Positions 17,501-33,480 of a stretch of DNA of 64,000 nt are shown here, one piece after another. Numbering within the stretch: the first letter of the stretch is position 1; each line of letters begins with the position of its first letter. The notes below the pieces were generated by a model. The model had not been told where the DNA came from. It searched no databases and was given only the letters and a program-made list of their open reading frames with translations. Both the position numbers and the translations under genes were made by a program. Source of the DNA: the human T2T-CHM13v2.0 reference genome, Homo sapiens; NCBI RefSeq assembly GCF_009914755.1, contig NC_060927.1. One strand, 5' to 3'.

Positions 17501-18439
17501 ACCCCACTTCTCATTTCTAAACATCCTCTAGGGAAGCAATACCACCCAGGTGGAGGAACATTAGTCTTACAGAAAATAATTTTGGCCCTAGAATACTTTT
17601 AATATCCAGATGAGTTTATGATACTTCTTTGTGCCGGAAAATAAAGAGCTGATCAAAGAATGGTAGGGACGTATTAAAAGGACACAGGAAACTGTGGAGG
17701 GGCTCCCACTGGCCAAATCCAGGACAATTTTAACAGCAAAATAAATAATAACAATATTAAATTACAATCCATTGAATAAAATAAGAATTTGAGTCCATAC
17801 TGATATAAATACAAGAGTGCAGAAATGCATGTGGAGAAGGGAAAGCTCTTCCTTGCAGAAGAAAATGTATGAGTAAGTGTAGAAGGAATAATGGAAATAG
17901 ATAACCATCAATAGGCAAACATCATAGTGGTAGTTGATATGGGTAATGGTGGTCAATGTTTGCTAAGGTTGGTATATGGAGGTTTAATATTAACATATTA
18001 TCAAAATATATTCCCACAATTTTTCAAATCCCCTATGAAGGGAAAAATGGTGACTTTACAGTGGGAACACTTTATAGAGCAGCCCTGGTTCTTGACCAAT
18101 AGTCCAGGTTAACCTCACAAGTGATAGCACACATTGATATCATTACTTCCTGATGTGATACGCTGAGAAGCATAGCATCATTACTATGGTGTTCCTGCCA
18201 AGAGTACATGTCTGAATCTGGCCATAAGCAAACATCAGATGAATCCAAGTTACAGGTCACTCTACAGAATGAAAGGCGTCTATTCTTTAAGTCCATCAAG
18301 GATATAAGGGACAGGGAAAGACTGAGGAATTGTTCTGCATTGAAGGAGCCTCAAGAGACATGACAACTATATTAGTTATGTATTGATGCATACAAATTAT
18401 TCCAAAACTTATGGCTGAAAACAACTATCATTTATTTTG

Positions 18440-18789
18440 TATTTTTAAAAATATAGTTTATTTATTTTAATATTTATTTATTTATCTATTAATTAATTAA
18501 TTTCTAGACTGGGTCTCAATCTGTTGCCCAGGCTGGAGAGCAGTGATGTGAACATGCTTCCCTGCAGCCTCGATTTTCTGGGCTCAGGTGATTCTTCCAC
18601 CCCAAGCTCCCAGGTAGCTGGGACTAGAGGCATGCATGACCATGCTTAGCTAATTTTTTTGTATTTTTTGTGGAGGTGGGATTTCATCATGTTGCTCAGG
18701 CTGGTCTCAAAACTCCTGGGCTCAAGCAGTCCTCCCACCTTGGCCTCCCAAAGTGCTGGGATTATAGGTGTGAGCTGCAGTGCCCAGCC
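18440..18789 (-). mobile_element. Alu (AluJ-like)
   Basis: Antisense diverged dimer in the A-tail region of the adjacent L1MA. Confidence 0.92.
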
Positions 18790-18913
18790 CTAATTTAAAT
18801 TTTAAATTTTTGTGAGTACATAGTAGGTGTATATGTTTATGGGATACATGAGATGTTTTGATACAGGCATGCAATGTATAATAACCACATCACAGAAAAT
18901 GGGGTATCCATCC

Positions 18914-19644
<731 letters not shown>

Positions 19645-21647
19645 GATCCCCTCAAGCATTTATCTTTTGTGTTACAAACAATCCAATTATACTCTTTATT
19701 TTAAAATGTACAATTAAATTATTATTGACTATTAGTTACCCTGTTGTGTTATCAAATACTAGGTCTTATTCATTCATTCTAACTATTCTTTTTGTACCCA
19801 TTAACCATGCCCTCCTCACCCCCCACCCCACAATATCCTTCACTGCCTCTAGTAACTATCCTTCTGCTCTCTATCTCCATGGGTTCAATTTTTTTTTTTA
19901 ATTTTTAGATCTCACACATAAGTAAGAAAATGCGATGTTTGTCTTTCTGTACCTGGCTTATTTCACTTAACATAGTGACCTCCAGTTCCATCCATGTTGA
20001 TGCAAATGACTGAATCTCATTCTTTTTTTTGTGGCTGAATAGTACTCCATTGTGTATAAGTACCATATTTTCTTTATCCATTCACATGTTGATGGACACT
20101 AGGTCACCTCCAAATCTTGGCTATTGTGAACAGAGCTGCAACAAACATGGGAATGCAGATATCTCTTTGATATACTGATTTCAACAAGCATTTATTATCT
20201 CGCAGTTTCTGTGAGACAGGAATCCAAATGTGGCTTAGCTGGATGTTTCTGGCTTAAGGTCTCTTACAAAGCAGCAATCAAGTTGTTAGCTAAGGGCTAT
20301 GGTCATCCCAAGGCCCAAATAAGGGAGGATTTACTTCCAAGCTCATTTATGTAGCTATGGACAGAACTAGGGACTGGAGACATCAATTCCTTATCACACA
20401 GGATTGATGGTTATCTATTCTTTCCATAGGGCAACTCATGATGGCAGCTGCTTCCTTGAAAGTGAGCACGAGAGCAGGAGAGACTGCCCAAGGAAAAAGT
20501 CACTGTCTTTCTGTAACCAAATATCAGAAGTGATATCCCATCACTTCTGCTGTTTTCTATTTGTTAGAAGACAGTAAGTCCAGCATATACTCAGTGGAAG
20601 AGTATAATACACAGGCCTGACCACAAGGAAGCAAGGATCATGAGAGCCACCTTAGAAACAGTCTGCTAAAGGAATGCAGTGTATTCCTGGAGCAGATAGG
20701 AAAAAAAAAAAAAAGACATAGTTGAGACAGTTGGTGGAATTTGAATGGGGTCTGTGGATTGGATGGCAGTGTTGGATCAATGTTGATTTCCTGAGCTGGA
20801 GGACTGCTTCGTGGTAACAGAGGAGAATGTTCTTGTTTGGGGGAAGCTCTAATTAGTGTTTAGGGATAATGCAGCATCATGCCAGTAAAGTATTTTATAA
20901 TTATATATCTATCTACCTCTCTACTGAGCAAAAGTGAAGCAAATGTGATAAAATGTTAGCAATTAGGGAATCTAGGTTAAGGATATGTGGGAGTTCTTGT
21001 ACTGTTCTTGCAACTTTTCTTTTACCATAACTTTCTGTGGGTTTGAAACCATTTCAAATATTTAGAAAAAATTCTAAAAAATAATATGAGTTAAGTAAGG
21101 GTTGAGGATAAAAGGAAGAAAAACTCATACTAGAGTTCTTGTTTTATTTGGTGGAAAGAGCGACTGATTAACTACTTTGACAGAAAAATGTTTGTGTGTT
21201 TATTTTGATATTTTAAGAGTAATTACTAAAAGTTTAGAAACAATGTGTATATCTTTCAAACAAGTAGAGGGAAAAATGAAAAACTTGTTCAATCAAACAG
21301 TAAGGAAGAAACAAGCAAAAAGACCCAAACAATAGTACCTGGAACCTATAAAATAAGTTTGCAGAAACAAGTTCAAATACAACAGTATTCATAATAAATG
21401 TGGACAGATTAAACTCATCAATTCATAGAGAGGGCATCTCATATTGCAGATACAACATATTCCTATATAAATCACGTACATAATACATAAATGCATATGT
21501 ATGAAAAATTATCTATAAACTCATCTATTCAAAGACAGGGCATCTATCTATGCATGCATATATGTGAAAAATTGTTTATCTTTCTATCTATCTATCACCT
21601 AAAATCAACCTTCCAAAGGACACAACCTAGAGCAAAACAACACAGAA

Positions 21648-21778
21648 GCTGGGCATGGTGGCTCATGCTTGTAGTCTCAGCTACTTGGGAGGTTGAGGCA
21701 GGAGTATTGATAGACCCCAGGAGTTCAAGGCCAGCCTACATAACACAGTGAGACTCCCTTCTCTAAAACAAACAAAAA
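21648..21778 (+). mobile_element. FLAM/Alu monomer
   Basis: Single monomer with A-rich tail. Confidence 0.8.
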
Positions 21779-21989
21779 CCTGGTGAAAGAAACACAGAAA
21801 AATTAATAACAAAGGAATAGAGAAAGATACACCAGATTAATAATAACGCAAGATATCTGGTAAAGTAATAAAGAGTAAATAGGATTCACGGTGAAAAATT
21901 CAGGACCAAGAGGGATATTTCATATTGATAAAATGACAAATTGTCAAGATGATATTTGTTAAGAATGTGTAGGAGCTAAAAACATATAT

Positions 21990-23680
21990 ATTTTTTAAAA
22001 GCTATTTTATTAAGATATAATTTACAAACCATGCATTTCACCCATTTAAAGTGCACAATTCAAGGGTTTTTAGTATATTCACAGATAGGTACAACCACCA
22101 CCAGTCGGTTTTAAAATATTTTCATCACTCGGAAAGAAACCTCATACCCTTTAGTCATCATCACCCTACCAACCCATTCCTCCTCCAGCCCTAAACAACT
22201 ATTTTCTATCTCTATAGATTTCTGAACTTTCATGTGAATGGAATCATATAATAATTGGGCTTCTGTAACTGGCTTCTTTCACTGCACAATGTTTTCAAGA
22301 CTCATCCAAGTTCTAGCATGCATCAGTACTTCATTTCTTTTCTATGGCTGAACATTACGTTATGTGGATATACCACATTTTGTTTGTCTATTCATCTACT
22401 GATGGACATTTGGTTTGTTTCCTCCTTTTGGTTATTATGGATAGTGTTTCTATGAACACTCAGATAAAAATTTTTGTATAATCATGTTTCCACTTTTCTT
22501 GGATATTTACTTACAAGAATTGCTGGGTTATATGGTAACTTTATGTTTAAGCATTTGAGAAACTGTCAAACTGTTTTCCACAGTGGCTGTACCATTTTTA
22601 TATTCCCACCAGTAGTTTATGAGAGTTCCAATTTCTCCACATTGACACCAGCACTTGTTACTATCTGACCTTTTGATTCTAGTCCTCCTAGTGGGTGTGA
22701 AGTGGTATTTCACTGTGTGGGTTTTTTTTTTTTTTGTTTGCTTGGTTTTTGTTTTGTTTTGAGACAGTCTCACTCTGTCACCCAGGCTGGAGTGCAGTGG
22801 CATGATCTCAGGTCACTGCAACCTCCGCCTCCTGGGTTCAAGTGATTCTCCTGCCTCAGTCCCCTGAGTAGCTGGGATTACAGCTGCCCACCATCATGCC
22901 TGGCTAATTTTTGTATTTTTAGTAGAGATGGGGTTTCACCATGTTGGCCAAGCTGGTCTCAAACTCTTGACCCTCAAGTGATCCACTTGCCTCAGCCTTC
23001 AAAAGTGCTGGGATTACAGGTGTGAGCCACTGTGCCTGGTCTTCATTGTGGTTTTGATTTGCCTTTTCCTGATTAATAATTCTAAGTATCTTTTCACGTT
23101 CTTATTGGCTATTTATATATCTTTCTTAGAGAAATGTCTATTCAGAGCCTTTGCCTATTTTTAAGTTGAGGTATTTTTCCTTTTATTATTAAGTTGTAAA
23201 TATTCTTTATACATTCTAGATACAAGTCCCTTATCAAATACATGATTTGCAAAAAATTTCTCCCATTCTGTGGGCTGTCTTTTCTCTTTCTCGATTGTGT
23301 CGTTTGAGACACAAAAGTTTTTCATTTTGTTGAAGCCCCATTTATCTATTTTTTCTTTGGTTGCTTGTGCTTTTAGTGTCATATCTAAGAATTCTTTGTC
23401 AAATCCCAGGTGGCGAAGATTAATTTCTATATTTCCTTCTAAGAATCTTCTATTTTTTAGCTCTTACATTTAGGTCTTTGATCCATTTTGAGTTCATTTT
23501 TTGCTTGGTGTAAGGTAAGAACTCAACTTTACTTTTGTTTTTGCATGTGGATATCTAGTTATCCCACCACATTTTGTTGAAAAGACTATTATTTTTCCTA
23601 TTGAATGATCTTTACCTCCTTGCTGAAAATTGACCATAGATGTATGGGTTTATTTCTGGACTCTCAATTCTATTGCACGG
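21990..23680 (-). mobile_element. L1MB-type 3' fragment (ORF2 C-terminus plus 3'UTR)
   Basis: Minus-strand ORF remnant KAQATKEKIDKW...KRQPTEWEK; L1MB 3'UTR cacccatttaaagtg.acaattca. Confidence 0.88.
22727..23040 (-). mobile_element. Alu (AluS-like)
   Basis: Antisense dimer inside the L1MB; TSD-like ttca.tgtg. Confidence 0.95.
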
Positions 23681-23772
23681 ACAATATAGCTTTAAATTTT
23701 ATATAACACAAAAATTGACAAAGGATGCAAAAGAAATTGACAGCCACGGTGGAAGTTTAAAAAACACTTCTT

Positions 23773-24003
23773 GGCCAGATGCAGTAATCCTAGCACTTTG
23801 GGAAGTCAAGGTTGGAGGATTGCTTGAGGTTAGGGGTTCAGGACTAGCCTGGGCAACATGGCAAGACCCCGTCTCTAAAAAAAATTTAAAAATTAGCTGG
23901 TGGTATGCACCTGTAGTCCTAGCGACTCAGCAGCCTGAGTTGGGAGGATCATTTGACCCCAGGTGTTTGAGGTTGCAGTGAGTTATGATCACAGCGTTGT
24001 ACA
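23773..24003 (+). mobile_element. Alu (AluJ-like), 3'-truncated
   Basis: Diverged Alu ending without tail at the L1 junction. Confidence 0.85.
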
Positions 24004-24573
24004 GATGGCAAATAAGCAAATGAAAAGATAAAGATAATATCATATATCATTAGAGAACTGCAAATTAGAACAATTATACACCACTATATACCTATTAGAA
24101 TGGCTAAAATCCAAAACTTCTGGTGAGGCTATAGAGTAACAAGGATGCTCATCCATTGCTGGTGGGAGTGCAAAATGATACAGCCACTTTGGACGACAGT
24201 TTGGCAGTTTTTTAAAGAAAGCTAAATATATTCCTTCCATATGACCCAGCAATTGTGCTTCTTGGTATTTACACAAATGAGTTGAAAATGAACACAAAAA
24301 CCTGCATACAAAGTTTATAGCAGCTTTATTTATAATTACCCAAACTTGGAAACAACCAATATGTCATTCAGTAGGTGAATGGATAAACAGGTACATCCAC
24401 ACAACAGATTATTATCAGCAATAAAAATAAAAGAGCTGTGAAACCATGAAAAGACATGGAAGAACCTTAAATGTATATTGGTAAGTGAGAGAAGCCAGTC
24501 TGAAAAGGCTCCATACTGTATGACTCCAACTACTACATTTTGGAAAAGGCAAAGGTATAAAGACAGTAAAAAT

Positions 24574-25235
<662 letters not shown>

Positions 25236-26005
25236 TCAGTAGGGGTCAGAGATTGATGGGTGGTGGGGGAGGGAGCGGCACAAGGGATTTTCAGATCATA
25301 AAACTATTCTGTATAATACTGTAATAGTAGATACATGACCTTGCACATTTGTCAAAACCCGTCGTACAACACAGAATAAACCCTAATTAAACTATGGACC
25401 TTAGTTAATAATAATGCATCAGTGTTGATTCATCCGTTAACAAATGAACTACTATAATGCAAGATGTTAATAATAGCGGAAATTGTGTGTGGGTTGGAGA
25501 GATACGAAGTGTATATGAACCCTGTACTTTCTGCTCAATTTTTCTGTAAACTTAAAATAGCTCTAAAAAATAGTCTAGTAATTAAAACAAATAAAGGCAG
25601 AAATTAATCACATAGGAAAAATGGAATTGATTGGAACCATAAGATGGCTTTTTGAAAAAATTAATAAAATAATACAGATTAAGTCCTGATAATATTGATT
25701 AAGTGAAAAAGGGAGGACATGTAAAAGCGTTTAAAACCTTGTAAGAGGTAATTTTGCACTAATAAATTTGAAAATCCAGATGAAAATAATCATTTTCTAT
25801 AAAGATGGAAATTACAAAAATCAACTGAAGAAAGTATAGAAAACCTAAATAGACCCACTAACCACACAAGAAATGGAAATTTTTGTGTAATTTCCCAAAT
25901 GTGTCCAATAATTTTACAAACAAGTTTTGCAAAAACTTTAGGGAAGAGAAAATTGCTATCTTACACAAAGTATTCCAGAGTACAGAAAATACAGAAAACT
26001 ATTTC

Positions 26006-26430
26006 TGATAAAACATTCACTGTTTCTGTACACATACAATACTTTTGACAGCAAATAGGTGGATTTTTTTTTCCCCCAAACCAAGCAATTTTGCAACTCT
26101 CCAGATCCCGACTGAGTGTCCTACAATTTAATCCCATTTGTTGCTCAAAAGCTTTTATATGGCTTAATCCCCAGAATCCTACAACCCCTTTCTAGAGGCT
26201 AGCGGGTGGGGCTAAATGTTTCAACCCTCTAATTACTTGGGTGTTTTGGTGACCAGCTCCATCCTGAGGCTATTTAGAGGGCCTACCCTAAGTCACTCAT
26301 TAGATTAACTCAGGTGTGATCAAAAGAGGCTACTTATGAATAACAAAAGACAATCTTATCAATTCCCAGGGTTTTAGAAGCCTTGTGCCAGGTACTGGGA
26401 ACACAGACCAAATATATTTCTTGTACCACA
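26006..26430 (-). mobile_element. MER21-like LTR, internally deleted
   Basis: tgagtgtcctacaattta and atgaataacaaaagac...gggttttagaagc...acagaccaaatatatttc motifs. Confidence 0.7.
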
Positions 26431-26488
26431 CATTGAATCTATTTTGTGCAGTTGGGATAATCTTGTCACAAAAATAAGACATACAGAG

Positions 26489-26828
26489 TGCTATGGTCTG
26501 AATATTTGTGTACCCCCAAAATTCTCTGTTGAAACCTAACCCCCAAGGTGATGATATTAAGAGGTAGGGCCTTTGGGCGGTGATTAGATACTGAGAACAG
26601 ATCACTCATGAATGGGATTAGCACCCTGGAAAAAGAGACTCCAGCCTGGCCCAGTGGCTCACGCCTGTTATCCCAGCATTTTGGGAGGCCTTGGCAGGTG
26701 AGTCACTTGAGCCCAAAAGTTCAAAACCAGCCTAGGCAACATAGTGAGACCCCCTCTCTATAAAAAATACAAAAATTAGCCATGTGTGGTAGTGCATGCC
26801 TATAGTCATCCCAGCTACTAGGGAAGCT

Positions 26829-26861
<33 letters not shown>

Positions 26862-27079
26862 CAGAGAGCCAACTAGTACTGCTAGTACCTTCCACCATGT
26901 GAGGACACAGTGAAAAGCTGCCATCTATGAACCAGGAAATGGGCCCTCACCAGCCCCTGAACCTACCAGCTATCTCAATCTTGGACTTCTTAGCCTCCAG
27001 AACTGTAGGAAATAAATTTCTGTTGTTAAGCTACCCATTCTATGGTATTTTGTTATAGCAGCCCAAATGGACTAAGACA
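26489..27079 (+). mobile_element. MLT1A/MLT1A0-like solo LTR
   Basis: TGCTATGGTCTGAAT...AGCAGCCCAAATGGACTAAGACA termini. Confidence 0.88.
26644..26859 (+). mobile_element. Partial Alu ending in (GA)n inside the LTR
   Basis: Left arm plus start of right arm, followed by ~14 GA units. Confidence 0.85.
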
Positions 27080-27829
27080 TATAAACAGAAAAAAAAAGAA
27101 TTAAAGCAGAAGGCAATGTCATTTCTGTATATAGATGCAAAAATCCTAAATATTAACATTAGCAAATAAATTCCACCAGATTAATAAATCACTAATAATA
27201 AGCAAATTTTATCACAGAATGCAAAAATGATTGTCAGAAATATATTGATTCAAGTAATTTGCTCATTAACAAATTAAAGTCAAAAACCATATAATCTTTT
27301 CAATAGGGGCCAGAAAATAAAGAATCCTAAATTTCATACATTATTCATTATTTTTGTCTAAAGTTATTAAATTGAATATAAATAAATATTAATAAAAACT
27401 AAAAAATAACCCAAACAACATAAATCATTATACTTACTGATAAAATTTTTAAACATCTATAATAAAAACAGGTACAGACAAGACTGATCTCCTTCATTCC
27501 TAGGATTCAGAACTTTACTGGAGGTGCTATCTCATGCAATTAAAGCAGAAAATGTAAGATATATAAGGATTGGAAATATACAGACAAAGTGTCTATTATT
27601 TGCAAATAAGATAATTATCTACCTAAAATTTTTGAACAAATCAACTGGCAGTTGGTACAAGTAATAAGAGTCCTATAGCATGCCTTCACAAATTATCAAC
27701 ATACAAAAATTAAGAGTTCTCTATCCAATATAACTAAATAGAACTTGTAATTTTTGTAATGATTACTGTCATTATGGTAACAGAATGTATTAAGTACCCA
27801 GAAATTAAACTCAACAAAAAAAAGTTTAA

Positions 27830-28265
<436 letters not shown>

Positions 28266-28532
28266 CTAAAATTTGATACTATCCAAGTCCAAATACTAAT
28301 GGGATTTTGTTTAGAATGTGACAAAACTTTTGTAATATTTTTTATGGAATAGTAAATGTGCAAAAATAGTGAAGACACTTGTAAAAGATGAAGAAAATAA
28401 AAAAAATCCAATATATGTGTTACCACACTAAAACACTTCATATGTCTAGAAATTTTAAAATATCATCAAAGAAAGAAGAAATCATAATAAAAATCAGAAA
28501 ATATTTTACACTGAACAATTATGAAAAAATTA

Positions 28533-29183
<651 letters not shown>

Positions 29184-29229
29184 CAAAGAAATATTTAGAT
29201 AGAAAATTACACCTTAAAAATAAAATCTG

Positions 29230-29508
29230 GGCCGGGCGCGGTGGCTCACGCCTGTAATCCCAGCACTTTGGGAGGCCGAGGCGGGCGGATCACGAGGTCA
29301 GGAGATCGAGACCATCCTGGCTAACACGGTGAAACCCTGTCTCTACTAAAAATACAAAAAATTAGCCGGGCGAGGTGGCGGGCGCCTGTAGTCCCAGCTA
29401 CTCGGGAGGCTGAGGCAGGAGAATGGCGTGAACCCCAGGGGGCGGAGCCTGCAGTGAGCCGAGATTGCGCCACTGCACTCCAGCCTGGGCGACAGCGAGA
29501 CTCCGTCT

Positions 29509-29552
<44 letters not shown>
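29230..29552 (+). mobile_element. Young AluY of the Ye lineage (AluYe5/Ye6-like)
   Basis: GGCGAGGTGG, GAACCCCAGGGGGCGGAGCCTG and GACAGCGAGA diagnostics; CpGs almost intact; 43-nt pure A run; TSD AAAATCTG. Confidence 0.93.
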
Positions 29553-29556
<4 letters not shown>

Positions 29557-32193
29557 AAAGAAGAAATCTTGAAATTAAATAAGCTAAACATCCATCTCAA
29601 GATGTTATAAAAAGGTTGTAAAATAGAAAGCTAAGAGCAAAACTGAGTAAACAGAATATATGCAACAAATAACAAATTTGGTTTTTTGAAAAGACTAATA
29701 AAACCAGCAAACTCTAGGCAAGATTGATTAAGTAAAAAAGAACAAAGTTACAAATAACCAACCAATATCAGGAATAAAAGAAAGGATAACTATGGATCTT
29801 ATAGATTTTTAAGATAATTTGAGGATATTATGAACTAGATATGACAAAAATTTGAAAATTTAGATGAAATGGAAAATTTATTATATTTTGTAACTTAACA
29901 AAAATGATTCAAGAAGAAATAGAACAGCCAAATAATTCCCTAAGTGTCAATAAAATTGAATTAGATATTTATTCCCACAAAAACTCCATATCTAGATGGC
30001 TTTAATAGTAAATATTACCAAATATTTAAGAAAACATTCACAAATTATTCAACGGAAAAACAGAATACATCCACCAACTCGTTTTATGTCACGTCATCCT
30101 ATTGTCTTCTGACCTCAATGGTTTTCAATGAGAAATCAACTGTTCATGTTACTGAAAATCTCTGTACATGATAAGTTGCTTCTCTCTTTCTTGCTGCTTT
30201 CAAAATTCTCTCCTCGTCTTCGGCTTTCAACAGTTTGATTATTATGTGTCTTAGTGGGATCTCTTTGAATTTATCCTACTTTGACTTTGTTGAACTTCCT
30301 GAATGGATAGATTCAGGTTTTTCATAAATTTGTGAAGGTTTGGCCATAATTTCTTCAAATATTCTTTCTTCCCTTTTTCTCTTTCTTCTTCCTCTGTGGA
30401 TTCCATAATAAATATATTGATATGCTTGATAGTATCTTAGGGGGGCCTTAACTTCTGTCCAATGTTTTATTTGTAATTCTTTTTTAAATGTTTTTAAATT
30501 AATTTTTTTATTTCAATATTTTTTGGGGAACAATAGTTTTTGGGTGTTTGGTTACATGGATAAGTTGTTTAGTAGTAATTTCTGAGATTTTGGTGCGTCC
30601 ATCACCCGAGCAGTGTACACTGTACCCCGTGTGTAGTCTTCTGTCCCTCACCTCCCTCTCATCCTTTCCCTAGAGTCCCCAAAGTCCATTATATCATTCT
30701 TATGCCTTTGCATCCTTGTAGCTTAGCTCCCACTTATAAGTGAGAACATATGATGTTTGATTTTTGATTCCTGTGTTACTTCACTTACAATAATGGTCTC
30801 CAACTCCATCCAGGTTGCTGTGAATGCCATTATTTTGTTCCTTTATATGGCATATATATATATGGCATTTGGGTTGGTTCCATATTTTTACAATTGTGAA
30901 TTGTGCTGCTATAAACATGCGTGTGCAAATGCATTTTTCATATCATGACTTATTTTCCTCTGGGTAGACACCTAGTAGTGGGATTGCTGGATCAAATGGT
31001 AGTTCTAATTTTAGTTCTTTAAGGAATATCCACACTGTTTTCCATAGTAGTGTTACTAGTTTACATTCTCACCAGCAGTATAAAAGGGTTCCCTTTTCAC
31101 CACCTCCATGACAACATCTATTATTTTTTTACTTTATAATTATGGCCATTCTTGCAGGAGTAAGGTGGTATCACATTGTGGTTTTAATTTCTATTTCCCT
31201 GATAGTTATTGATGCTGAGCATTTTTTCATATGTTTGTTTGCCATTTGTATACCTTCTTTTGAGAATTCTCTCTTCATATCCTTAGCCTACATTTTGACA
31301 GGATTATTTGCTTTTACTTGCTGATTTGTTTGAGTTCCTTTTAAATTCTAGACATTAGTCCTTTGTTGGATGCATAGTTTATAAATATTTTCTCTCACTC
31401 TGTGTGCTGTCTGTTTGCTGATTGTTTGTTGTTGTTGTTGTTGTACAGAAGCTTTTTAGTTTAATTAGGTCCTATCTATTTATCTTTGTTTTTGTTGCAT
31501 TTCCTTTTGGGGTCTTGGTCGTGAGCTGTTTGCCTAAGCCAATGTCTAGAAGAGTTTTTCTGATGTTATCTTCTAGAATTTTCATGGTTTCAGGTCTTAG
31601 ATTTAAGTATTGGATCCATCTTGAGTTGATTTTTGTATAAGGTAAGAGATGAAGATCCAGTTTCATTCTTCTACATGTGGCTTGCCAATTATTCTGGCAC
31701 CATATTTTGAATAGGGTGTCTTTTCCCTAATTTATGTTTTTGTTTGCTTCATCAAAGATCAGTTGGTTGTAACTATCTGGCTTTATTTCTGGGTTCTATA
31801 TTCTGTTCCATTGGTCTACATGCCTATTTTTATACCAGTACCATGCTGTTATGGTAAATATAGCCTTATAGTACAGTTTGAAGTTGGATAATGTGACGCC
31901 TCCAGATTTGTTCTTTTTGCTTAGCATTGCTTTGGCTATGCAGGCTCTTTTTTGGTTCCCTACGAATTTTAGGATTTTTTTTCTAGTACAGTGAAGAATG
32001 ATGGTGGTATTTTGATGGGAATTGCATTGAATCTGTAGACTGCTTTTGACAATATGATCATTTTTACAATATTGATTCTACCCATCTAAGAGTGTGGGAT
32101 GTGTTTCTATTTGTTTATCTGTTATTTCTTTCAACAGCGTTTTATAGTTTTCCTTGTAGAGATCTTTCACCTCCTTGGTTAGGTGTATTTCTA

Positions 32194-32628
<435 letters not shown>

Positions 32629-33165
32629 CTACTAATTTGTATACACTAATATTGTATTCTGAAACTTTATAGTATTCATTTATCAGATCTAGGAGCTTTT
32701 TGGATGAGTCTTTAGGGTTTTCTAGGTATAGGATCATATAATCAGTGAACAGCAACAGTTTAACTTCCTCTTTACTGATTTGGATGCCCTTTATTTCTTT
32801 CTCTTGTCTGATTGCTCTGGCTAGGACTTCCACTACTATGTTGAGTAGAAGTGGTGAAAGTGGGCATCCTTGTCTTGTTCCAGTTCTCAGGGGGAATGCT
32901 TTTAACTTTTTCCCCGTTCAGTATACTGTTGGCTGTGGGTTTGTCATAGATGGATTTTATTACCTTGAGGTATGTCCCTTCTGTGTTGATTTTGCTGAGG
33001 GTTTTAATCATAAAAGGATGCTGGATTTTGTCAAATGCTTTTTCTGCATCTACTGAGATGATCATATGATTTTTGTTTTTAATTCTGTTTATGTGATGTA
33101 TCATAAATATTGACTTGCATATGTTGAACAATCCTTGCATCTCTGGGATGAAACCCACTTGATAA

Positions 33166-33480
33166 GCCAGGCGTGTTGGCTCATGCCTGTAATCCCAGCA
33201 CTTTGAAAGGCCAAGGCAGGTGGATTGCTTGAGGTCAGGAGTTTGAGACCAGCCTGGCCAACATGGTGAAACCCCGTCTCTACTAAAATACAAAAAATTA
33301 GCCGGGCATGGTGGCGGTGCCTGTAGTCCCAGCTACTAGGGAGGCTGAAGCAGGAGACTTGCTTGAATCCATGGGGTGGAGGTTGCAGTGAGCTGAGATT
33401 GCACCGCTGCACTCCAGGCTGGGTGACAGAGCAAGACTCCATCTCAAAAAAATAAATAAATAAAATAAAAAAGGAAAAAA
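33166..33480 (+). mobile_element. Alu (AluS-like)
   Basis: Full dimer; TSD-like GAAACCCA. Confidence 0.95.
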
